Shown piece by piece: positions 40,010 to 47,061 of a DNA stretch of 64,000 bases. Origin of the DNA: Candidatus Gastranaerophilales bacterium (lineage in GTDB: Bacteria; Cyanobacteriota; Vampirovibrionia; Gastranaerophilales; Gastranaerophilaceae). Made by a program: the position numbers and the translations under genes. Location: contig CANQAL010000001.1 of the NCBI GenBank assembly GCA_947589255.1, forward strand, positions 6,603 through 70,602, given 5' to 3'. Position 1 is the stretch's first letter. Each line of letters opens with the position of its first letter. Below the pieces are notes generated by a model, which had not been told where the DNA came from, made no database searches, and saw only the letters and a list, made by a program, of their open reading frames with translations.

Positions 40010-40474
40010 ATGCTTGTTAATCGCTGTGATTTAGATAATCTGATAAATAAATTAAGAGCCGAAGGCAAAACCATTGTTACTACAAACGGCTGCTTTGATA
40101 TTTTGCATGTCGGGCATGTAAGGTATTTAGAAAAAACAAAAAGTTTTGCGGATGTTTTAATTGTTGCTTTAAACTCCGATAAATCGGTAAGGAGCATAAA
40201 GGGCGAGGGGCGCCCGATAAATAATGAAAACGACAGAGCCGAAGTTTTAAGTGCTTTAAGAAGTGTAGATTATGTAGTTTTATTTGATGAGGATTCCCCT
40301 CTTGATTTGTTATTACAAATAAAACCCGATGTCCATACTAAAGGTGCGGATTATACAATAGAAACTCTGCCCGAAGCAAAAGGGATAACGGAAAACGGGG
40401 GCAGAATAGAGTTTATAAGTTTTGTAGAAGGCAAATCCACTACTTCCATTATTGAAAAGATGAGAAAGAGTTAA
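40010..40474 (+). CDS. rfaE: D-glycero-beta-D-manno-heptose 1-phosphate adenylyltransferase (RfaE domain II type)
   Basis: Cytidylyltransferase motif TNGCFDILHVGHVRYL, about 154 aa, VVALNSD-type motif (IVALNSDKSV). Confidence 0.85.
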   Translation: MLVNRCDLDNLINKLRAEGKTIVTTNGCFDILHVGHVRYLEKTKSFADVLIVALNSDKSVRSIKGEGRPINNENDRAEVLSALRSVDYVVLFDEDSPLDLLLQIKPDVHTKGADYTIETLPEAKGITENGGRIEFISFVEGKSTTSIIEKMRKS

Positions 40475-40689
40475 TTGTTTATCATACATTCAAGTTCATC
40501 AAATTTTCTGGTGGTTTCAGATAAATAATCATTAATTATATAACATAAACTGACTAATTTTTTATGTTTAATTTCAACTTCTCCCTCCAGAGCTTTTTCC
40601 ATAACATCCATAAGGGTGCTTATCCGTTCAAGTTTAATACCGATATCAGCGGCTTTTTCGCTAAGGTTCAAATCATTGTTCTTTTTCAT
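40471..40689 (-). CDS. small helical hypothetical protein (72 aa)
   Basis: ORF from the ATG at 40689 (MKKNNDLNLSEKAADIG...), divergent from the XRE gene. No motif. Confidence 0.3.
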   Translation of the reverse strand: MKKNNDLNLSEKAADIGIKLERISTLMDVMEKALEGEVEIKHKKLVSLCYIINDYLSETTRKFDELECMINN

Positions 40690-40704
40690 ATTACACTTCT
40701 CTTT

Positions 40705-40735
40705 GCTAGTGTGATTAGTTGTGATTAATGCTAGT
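40705..40735 (+). promoter_or_regulatory. nested direct repeats in the divergent promoter region (GCTAGT-GTGATTA-gtt-GTGATTA-at-GCTAGT)
   Basis: Read directly from the sequence. Lies between the start codons at 40689 (-) and 40754 (+). Candidate operator. Confidence 0.35.
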
Positions 40736-40753
40736 ATAACTAACAATAATTAC

Positions 40754-40966
40754 ATGAACAAGGAATATTTACAAAAATTTGCAAAACACCTTAAAAAGTT
40801 AAGAGCAGGCAAAAACTTAACTCAAGATGATTTAGGAATAAATGGTATTTCACGTTCAATGATAAGTTTAATCGAAACAGCCCAAACCGATATTACTGTT
40901 TCAAAATTAAAAATTATAGCTGATAATCTTAATATAAAAGTAAAAGATTTGTTTGATTTTGAATAA
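40754..40966 (+). CDS. XRE-family helix-turn-helix transcriptional regulator (70 aa)
   Basis: HTH_3 pattern LKKLRAGKNLTQDDLG...ISRSMISLIETAQTDITVSKLKIIADNLNIKVKDLF. Confidence 0.78.
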   Translation: MNKEYLQKFAKHLKKLRAGKNLTQDDLGINGISRSMISLIETAQTDITVSKLKIIADNLNIKVKDLFDFE

Positions 40967-40973
40967 AAAAATT
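40941..40973 (+). repeat. 33-bp perfect direct repeat, left copy (TAAAAGATTTGTTTGATTTTGAATAAAAAAATT)
   Basis: Identical to 42058-42090. Covers the last 8 codons and the stop of the XRE gene. Confidence 0.95.
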
Positions 40974-41012
40974 AATATTTATTTATACTTTTAAATATGA
41001 TAAAATAATTAT

Positions 41013-41237
41013 ATGGAAGATAATGACTTAAAAATTCAACACCTTATAAGTTTAAGAAATAATTATTTTACTTTATTTACGATTATAAGCAGTGGAATAG
41101 CAGGCTTATTCTTTGTTGATATGCAAATTATTAAAATTATCTTTTTATATATGGTCGGTATTTATTTTGATTTTATATTTTTAAGTAAATTTATTTATAT
41201 CAATAATAAAATAAAAAAGCTTGTGGGAGATATTTAA
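41013..41237 (+). CDS. small two-TM membrane protein (74 aa)
   Basis: ORF with two hydrophobic segments (FTLFTIISSGIAGLFFV, IIKIIFLYMVGIYFDFIFL). No family motif. Confidence 0.35.
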   Translation: MEDNDLKIQHLISLRNNYFTLFTIISSGIAGLFFVDMQIIKIIFLYMVGIYFDFIFLSKFIYINNKIKKLVGDI

Positions 41238-41238
41238 T

Positions 41239-41349
41239 ATGGATTATAATTTTATTATAGGTGCTATTGCATTAATTATATTGGCAGTTATGGTAACTTA
41301 TACTTTTAATAAAGTTACTCCTATTGAGAAAAAGACAGAAAATAAATAA
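41239..41349 (+). CDS. 36-aa single-TM micro-ORF
   Basis: ATG 1 nt after the previous stop (TAATATG), giving MDYNFIIGAIALIILAVMVTYTFNKVTPIEKKTENK. Below the track length cutoff. Confidence 0.25.
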   Translation: MDYNFIIGAIALIILAVMVTYTFNKVTPIEKKTENK

Positions 41350-41365
41350 TATTTATTCTTTAGAT

Positions 41366-41395
41366 AGTCGGTGGCAGAGTGCGACACTAGATTAA
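41366..41395 (+). repeat. GC-rich 30-nt dispersed element, copy 3 (AGTCGGTGGCAGAGTGCGACACTAGATTAA)
   Basis: 29/30 identical to 18111-18140. Lies in a convergent intergenic gap inside the repeat-bounded islet. Confidence 0.85.
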
Positions 41396-41400
41396 ATTAG

Positions 41401-41688
41401 TTATGCAATTTTTAAATTAAACCCTAATGTTTTTAATATTTTAGCTAAAGTATCAACTCTCGGCACTCTTTCACCGTTGAATATTTGATATAACATAGCT
41501 CTGTCAATTCCTGCCTTTTCACAAAAGCCTGATATACTATCTCTCGATTTAATAACTAATTCCAACGAACGAAAGAAGGCATTAAAATCACCGTCATTAA
41601 TATATTCCGCAAGACTTTCATTCATATATTCTTTTTGAAATTCCGTATCTTTTAATTGTTCTATTATAAAATCATTAAGTTCAGTCAT
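41401..41688 (-). CDS. HigA-like addiction-module antidote protein (HTH)
   Basis: 95 aa with the pattern of the antidote partners of killer proteins (DFNAFFRSLELVIKSRD...ISGFCEKAGIDRAMLYQIFNGERVPRVDTLAKILKTLG). 8-nt overlap with the toxin frame upstream. Confidence 0.75.
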   Translation of the reverse strand: MTELNDFIIEQLKDTEFQKEYMNESLAEYINDGDFNAFFRSLELVIKSRDSISGFCEKAGIDRAMLYQIFNGERVPRVDTLAKILKTLGFNLKIA

Positions 41689-42004
41689 TTTGATTGTCCT
41701 TTATATTTTCCAAATAACTTTTTGCTGTTGCTATATCTTTTTGTTGGTTTGATTTATCACCCGCATAAAGCAAAATTACAACTATATCATTTTTTATTGT
41801 GTAATAAATTCTATATCCCTTGCCGAAAAAGAAACGAAGTTCGTATAAATCAGGTGCAATTTGTTTATAATCACCAAAATTATCATCATAAATTCTTTCT
41901 AATCGTTTAACAACTTTTACCCTTGTGCTTAAATCGAGAGATAAAAGCCATTCCTTTACGGGTTCTTTTCCGTTTTCAAGTTTATAAAATTCTACTTATT
42001 TCAT
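41681..42004 (-). pseudogene. Gp49/HigB-like (RelE/ParE superfamily) toxin with in-frame TAA at codon 3
   Basis: Manual translation gives MK*VEFYKLENGKEPVKEWLLSLDLSTRVKVVKRLERIYDDNFGDYKQIAPDLYELRFFFGKGYRIYYTIKNDIVVILLYAGDKSNQQKDIATAKSYL... The stop is at 41998-41996. There is no in-frame ATG, GTG or TTG until codon ~75 of the remaining frame, so no ORF of track length (>=60 aa) exists. Confidence 0.7.
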
Positions 42005-42012
42005 ATTTATAT

Positions 42013-42030
42013 TGTAGTGTTTTTACTACA
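42013..42030. promoter_or_regulatory. inverted repeat upstream of the toxin-antitoxin pair (TGTAGT-n6-ACTACA)
   Basis: 6-bp arms, 9-26 nt upstream of the toxin ATG. This is a typical position for a TA autoregulation operator. Confidence 0.3.
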
Positions 42031-42057
42031 CATAGTCAAGGGAAAAGTAAAAAAGAT

Positions 42058-42090
42058 TAAAAGATTTGTTTGATTTTGAATAAAAAAATT
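42058..42090 (+). repeat. 33-bp perfect direct repeat, right copy
   Basis: Identical to 40941-40973. Here it is non-coding, 54 nt upstream of lpxD. Confidence 0.95.
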
Positions 42091-42143
42091 GTATTTTCCC
42101 TGGCCTCGTATTACAATAAATGTAATCAAAAGAGGAATATAAT

Positions 42144-43232
42144 ATGAGGGATATAGATATAATGAAGGAATACTCTTTAGAAGAGATATCACAAATAGTA
42201 GGCGGAATTTTAACAAAACTCGAAGATGTTAAAATATCAAGGTTAGGGCCTCCTTTGTTAGCGGATGAAAATACTCTGGCTCTTGCTTTAAATGAAGATG
42301 AAATAGAAAATTTATCCAAAACAAAAGCAAAAGCTGCATTAGTTCCGATAGGAGTTACCTCGGAATTGATTTCAACAATAGAAGCTGAACGACCCCGCTT
42401 AGCTATGATGAAATTACTTCATTTGTTTTATATGCCGCCTGAAAGCACAGCGGGTGTTCATCCTTCGGCTGTTGTTCATCCTACGGCAAAACTCGGAGAA
42501 AACGTTTCAATCGGGCCTAATGTAGTTATATCAAGAAATGCCTCTATCGGTAAAAATTCAAAAATATTAGCAAATACATACATAGGTCGCAGTGTTCAAA
42601 TCGGCGAAAACTGCCTGTTTCACCCCGGGTGCAATATTGGCGATAACGCAATAATCGGCAACAGAGTTATTCTTCAACATGGGGTTAGTATTGCGGCAGA
42701 CGGTTTCAGCTTTGTTACGGAAAACCCCAATAACGTAGAAAATGCAAGAGAAGAAGGTAAAGTAAAACAAGATAATTCAGACCAAAAAATATTTAAAATT
42801 CCTTCTGTCGGCTCGGTTGTTATAGAAGACGATGTTGAAATAGGCGCAAATACCTGTATTGACAAGGGTACAATAGAAAATACCGTAATCGGAGAGCAGA
42901 CTAAAATTGATAATCTTGTTCAAATCGGTCATAACTGTAAAATCGGTAAAGGCTGTATGATTGTTTCGCAGGTCGGTATCGCAGGAAGCTGTAAGATAGG
43001 TGACAGAACAGTTATAGCAGGTCAGGTCGGCATGGCAGACCATATAGAAATAGGAAGCGATTCTATTATAATGGCAAAAGCCGGAATAACAAGGAGTTTT
43101 CCCGAAAAATCAATTCTTATCGGTGCTCCCGCTATGCCCAGAAAAGATTTTATTAAACATATGAAAACAATGAAAAAGGCTGAAGACCTTGTTAATAAAT
43201 TCAAAGATTATGAACATCTTTTAAAGGAATAA
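42144..43232 (+). CDS. lpxD: UDP-3-O-acylglucosamine N-acyltransferase
   Basis: N-terminal LpxD domain, a long run of hexapeptide repeats, and first position in the lpxD-lpxC-fabZ-lpxA cluster. Confidence 0.9.
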   Translation: MRDIDIMKEYSLEEISQIVGGILTKLEDVKISRLGPPLLADENTLALALNEDEIENLSKTKAKAALVPIGVTSELISTIEAERPRLAMMKLLHLFYMPPESTAGVHPSAVVHPTAKLGENVSIGPNVVISRNASIGKNSKILANTYIGRSVQIGENCLFHPGCNIGDNAIIGNRVILQHGVSIAADGFSFVTENPNNVENAREEGKVKQDNSDQKIFKIPSVGSVVIEDDVEIGANTCIDKGTIENTVIGEQTKIDNLVQIGHNCKIGKGCMIVSQVGIAGSCKIGDRTVIAGQVGMADHIEIGSDSIIMAKAGITRSFPEKSILIGAPAMPRKDFIKHMKTMKKAEDLVNKFKDYEHLLKE

Positions 43233-43236
43233 GTTA

Positions 43237-44043
43237 ATGGGGACAATCAATAAAGAAGTTATTTTAAAATCAACTGCTTTAATGACGGGGCTTGAATCTG
43301 AGGCTAAAGTCTGCCCGTCAGAAAAAAAAGGTATCCGCTTTCATTTTGCGGGTAAAACCGTAGAGGCAGATGTTAATAATATTGTTTCAACAGAGCATTG
43401 TACGGTTATCGGAAACAGTGATATTAAAATAATGCTGATAGAGCATTTTATGGCGGCTTGCGCAATATGCAAAATAACTGCACTTGATGTATATTTAACC
43501 CATTATGAACTGCCGATACTGGACGGGAGTTCTAAAACTTGGGTTGAGTCCTTTAAAAATGCGGGAATTATTGATCCTGATAATACTCAAATAAAGCTGA
43601 AAGAACCCGTTTATTACCTAAACGGCAAAACCCATTTAATTGTTTTACCTTCCGATAAATTGAATTTGACATACAGTGTAAATTATAAGCATAAAGATTT
43701 AAATAACCGCTGGGTTTCATTGGATTTAAACAATATAAACGAAATAATCGAGGCAAGAACATTCGGATATTTAGCAGAGCTTGAAATGCTACAAAACGCA
43801 GGTTATGGAAGGGGTGCAAGCATAGAAAATACTTTAGGTTTAACTGATGAAGGTTATACCGCAGAGTTAAAATCGGAATTTGAACCCGTTAAACATAAAA
43901 TACTTGATTTAATCGGTGATTTTTACCTTGCGGGATGTAACATATTAAATTTTAAAGGTGAAATTATAGTAAAAGAGGCGGGGCATACCGTTCATACGAT
44001 AGTTGCAAAAGAATTAAAAAATAAGTTAGTATTGGAGGCATAA
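43237..44043 (+). CDS. lpxC: UDP-3-O-acyl-N-acetylglucosamine deacetylase
   Basis: LpxC motifs IEHFMAAC, TFGYLAELEMLQNAG, KHKILDLIGDFYLAG and GHTVH. Confidence 0.9.
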   Translation: MGTINKEVILKSTALMTGLESEAKVCPSEKKGIRFHFAGKTVEADVNNIVSTEHCTVIGNSDIKIMLIEHFMAACAICKITALDVYLTHYELPILDGSSKTWVESFKNAGIIDPDNTQIKLKEPVYYLNGKTHLIVLPSDKLNLTYSVNYKHKDLNNRWVSLDLNNINEIIEARTFGYLAELEMLQNAGYGRGASIENTLGLTDEGYTAELKSEFEPVKHKILDLIGDFYLAGCNILNFKGEIIVKEAGHTVHTIVAKELKNKLVLEA

Positions 44044-44495
44044 TGGCGGAAGAACAAGTATTACAGTTCGATATTAAAGGAATAATGGATTTAATACCTC
44101 ACAGGTACCCTTTTATTTTGGTAGATAGAATAACGGAATGCGTACCGGGTAAATATTGTAAGGGGTACAAAAATTTAACCGTAAATGAAGCATTCTTTGC
44201 AGGACATTTTCCGGGCAACCCCGTATTCCCCGGTGTTTTGCAATTGGAAGCAATGGCTCAAGTATCTGCAGGATGCTTAGTTCCACTGCCTCAATATAAA
44301 GATAAATTATTCTTATATGCGGGAATTGACGGGGTAAGATTTAGAAAACAAGTAATCCCGGGTGATAAATTTGAAATTGAATCAGAACTTTTAAAAGTAA
44401 AAGGACCGATTGCAAAAGTACACGCAAAAGGTTTAGTAGATGGACACTTAGCTGTTGAGGCTGATTTAATGTTCTCAATGGTAGGTAATAAATAG
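44043..44495 (+). CDS. fabZ: 3-hydroxyacyl-ACP dehydratase
   Basis: LIPHRYPFILVDRI, FFAGHFPGNPVFPGVLQLEAMAQ. Confidence 0.95.
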   Translation: MAEEQVLQFDIKGIMDLIPHRYPFILVDRITECVPGKYCKGYKNLTVNEAFFAGHFPGNPVFPGVLQLEAMAQVSAGCLVPLPQYKDKLFLYAGIDGVRFRKQVIPGDKFEIESELLKVKGPIAKVHAKGLVDGHLAVEADLMFSMVGNK

Positions 44496-44504
44496 GAGAA
44501 AATT

Positions 44505-45308
44505 ATGACAATTCATAAAACGGCAATAATAGATAAAAATGCTATAATACCTGCAAGCTGTGAGATAGGTCCTAATGTTATAATCGGAGAAAATGTAATA
44601 CTGGGCGAAAATGTAAAAATTATAGCTAATGCTTATTTGGAAAATTGCGAAATAGGCGACGGAACAATAATATACCCGTTTGCAAGTTTAGGTACGGCAC
44701 CGCAGGATTTAAGCTATAAAGGACAAAAAACAAAAGCCGTAATCGGAAAAAACTGTATTATAAAGGAATATGTAACAATTAACCGTGCGGCAGGCGAGGA
44801 TGGTGCAATTACAAAAGTAGGCGATAAATGTTTATTTATGGCATCAAGCCACGTTGCTCATAACTGCGTCGTTGAGGATGAAGCTATTTTTGCGAACTTA
44901 GCAACAATCGGCGGACACTGCCATGTCGGTAAGGGCGCATTTTTAGGCGGAATGAGTGTTTACCACCAAAATGTAAGGATTGGTGAATATGTTATTGTTT
45001 CAGGTTTTTCTGCCGCAAGAATGGATTTACCTCCATTTTGTAAGGCTGACGGACGACCCGCAATTATGCACGGGCCTAATACAATAGGTTTAAAGCGCAG
45101 AGGCTTTACTCCCGAAGAAAGAAAAAATATCAGAGATGCTTATAAAATGATTCAAGCAAGAAATCATACTTTAACAGAAACCTTAAAATTAATTGAAGAA
45201 AAATACCCGAATGATAAAAATGTTATGAGAATAGTTAATTTTATCAGAGAATCCAAAAGGGGTATTTATCTTTCAAGATGTAACGACCTTGTTGATGAAG
45301 AGGTGTAA
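44505..45308 (+). CDS. lpxA: acyl-ACP--UDP-N-acetylglucosamine O-acyltransferase
   Basis: Hexapeptide-repeat N-domain plus the helical LpxA C-domain (GLKRRGFTPEERKNIRDAYK). Confidence 0.9.
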   Translation: MTIHKTAIIDKNAIIPASCEIGPNVIIGENVILGENVKIIANAYLENCEIGDGTIIYPFASLGTAPQDLSYKGQKTKAVIGKNCIIKEYVTINRAAGEDGAITKVGDKCLFMASSHVAHNCVVEDEAIFANLATIGGHCHVGKGAFLGGMSVYHQNVRIGEYVIVSGFSAARMDLPPFCKADGRPAIMHGPNTIGLKRRGFTPEERKNIRDAYKMIQARNHTLTETLKLIEEKYPNDKNVMRIVNFIRESKRGIYLSRCNDLVDEEV

Positions 45309-45310
45309 TT

Positions 45311-46414
45311 ATGAATAATTTATGGGAAAAATATGCTAAAGTATTGGTTGATTATTCCGTAAAAGTTCAAAAAGGTGAACTTACCATAATAAGAACGGAT
45401 TCCTATCAATCTCAGCCCTTAGTTAAAGAAATATATAAGCAGGTGCTTAAAAAAGGCGGATATCCTGTTGTAAGAATGGGTGTGGAAGGCTTAAACGAAG
45501 TATTTATAAAAAATGCAACTGATGAACAGCTTGAGTATATTGACCCTATGACAGAGCTTGAATATGATAAAGCTAAAAATTTAATATCAATAGGCGCTCC
45601 GTTAAATGTAAAAAATATGGCAAGATGTGATTCCAAAAAGCTTGCAAAACGGTCAGGTGTGATGAAACATTTATCTGAAAAAATGTTAAAAAGATCGGCA
45701 GAAGGCGATTTAAAGTGGGTTATAGCGGATTTCCCCACACACGCACTTGCTCAGGAAGCTAAAATGTCACTTGAAGAATACACTGAATTTTTAATAAAAT
45801 CCTGTTGGCTTCACTTAGATGACCCCGTTAAAAAATGGCAGGAAATAGGGGAAACACAAGAAAAGATTGCCAATTACTTAAATACTAAATCAAAAATCCA
45901 TATAACGGGCGAAAAAACAGATATTACATTTAATGTTGCAGGCAGAATTTGGAAAAGCTGTGCGGGCGAATGTAATTTCCCCGATGGTGAAGTTTATACA
46001 TCACCTGTTGAAGACAGTGCTGAAGGGCAGATTTATTTTGATTTTCCGCAGATTTACCACGGAAATGAAGCTCAAAAGGTTCTATTAACACTTAAAAACG
46101 GTAAAGTTATTGATGCAAAAGCCGAAAAAGGCGAAGACTATTTAAATAATATGCTTGATATGGATGAAGGTTCAAGATTTGTCGGCGAAATTGCAATTGG
46201 TACAAATGAAATGATACGGGATGTAACGGGTAACATTTTGTTTGACGAGAAAATCGGCGGTTCAATTCATATGGCAGCAGGGGCATCATACCCTGATACG
46301 GGCGGGAAAAATGTATCAGGATTACATTGGGACTTAATTAAAAATATGAAAAACGGCGGAAAAATCTTTGCCGATGATGTCCTTATTTATGAAAACGGAA
46401 AATTTTTAATTTAA
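45311..46414 (+). CDS. M29 family aminopeptidase (AmpS/PepS-like)
   Basis: About 367 aa with the pattern of thermophilic metalloaminopeptidases (NFPDGEVYTSP, VGEIAIGTN, HWDLI). Confidence 0.78.
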   Translation: MNNLWEKYAKVLVDYSVKVQKGELTIIRTDSYQSQPLVKEIYKQVLKKGGYPVVRMGVEGLNEVFIKNATDEQLEYIDPMTELEYDKAKNLISIGAPLNVKNMARCDSKKLAKRSGVMKHLSEKMLKRSAEGDLKWVIADFPTHALAQEAKMSLEEYTEFLIKSCWLHLDDPVKKWQEIGETQEKIANYLNTKSKIHITGEKTDITFNVAGRIWKSCAGECNFPDGEVYTSPVEDSAEGQIYFDFPQIYHGNEAQKVLLTLKNGKVIDAKAEKGEDYLNNMLDMDEGSRFVGEIAIGTNEMIRDVTGNILFDEKIGGSIHMAAGASYPDTGGKNVSGLHWDLIKNMKNGGKIFADDVLIYENGKFLI

Positions 46415-47058
46415 GCTTTATTTAAACTTTTATAAGCTTTTACAACAACTTGGGTTCTGTCTTCGACCCCGAGTTTTTGTATTATACTGCTGACGTGGAC
46501 TTTGACGGTATTAATGCTTACATCTAAAATTTTTGATATCTCATTGTTATTTAAGCCTTCACAGATATATTCCAATACTTCTTTTTCCCTGTCGGTAAGA
46601 TTATATTCTTTATCAAAATTATCAGTATATGACTTTTTATCCTTTGCGACTGCATTTAATACTACATTTGAAATTTTTGGGTCAAACCACGCAGCCCCTT
46701 CAATAACAGATAAAACCGTATCTGCCAGTTTTTCGGGATTTATATCCTTTGAACAGTATGCGCTTGCCCCTGCTTTTATTGATTCTATAACTTCTTCTTC
46801 GCTGTTATGAGAGGTTAAAATAATTATTTTTATTTTATTATTTATTTTTTTAATTTCTTGAGTTGCTTCAATACCATTCATATTAGGCAGTCCTAAATCC
46901 ATAATAACGGCATCAATTTTATGTTTTTTGCAAAGTTCAATTGCATCTTCAGCATTTGAGGCTTCATAAATTTCTTTTATGAACTCTTTTGATTCAAAAG
47001 CTGTCTTAAGCCCGAATCTTATTAACGTGTGATCTTCTACAATAAGTATGTTATACAT
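46411..47058 (-). CDS. NarL/FixJ-type response regulator (REC + LuxR HTH)
   Basis: REC domain with acceptor context DAVIMDLGLPNMNG. LuxR HTH LTDREKEVLEYICEGLNNNEISKILDVSINTVKVHVSSIIQKLGV. Confidence 0.88.
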   Translation of the reverse strand: MYNILIVEDHTLIRFGLKTAFESKEFIKEIYEASNAEDAIELCKKHKIDAVIMDLGLPNMNGIEATQEIKKINNKIKIIILTSHNSEEEVIESIKAGASAYCSKDINPEKLADTVLSVIEGAAWFDPKISNVVLNAVAKDKKSYTDNFDKEYNLTDREKEVLEYICEGLNNNEISKILDVSINTVKVHVSSIIQKLGVEDRTQVVVKAYKSLNKA

Positions 47059-47061
47059 ATT

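Noticed and set aside
39967-40197. A 76-aa minus-strand ORF overlapping the rfaE 5' half and the terminator hairpin.
   Set aside because: It is antisense to a gene with a clear cytidylyltransferase motif, and its C-terminal end is encoded by the hairpin sequence itself.
40471-42143. The XRE / small-ORF / TA region as a prophage remnant or integrative element with its own recombinase.
   Set aside because: No integrase, transposase, or phage structural or replication gene is present. Only the direct repeats support mobility, so it is reported as a repeat-bounded islet without naming a mechanism.
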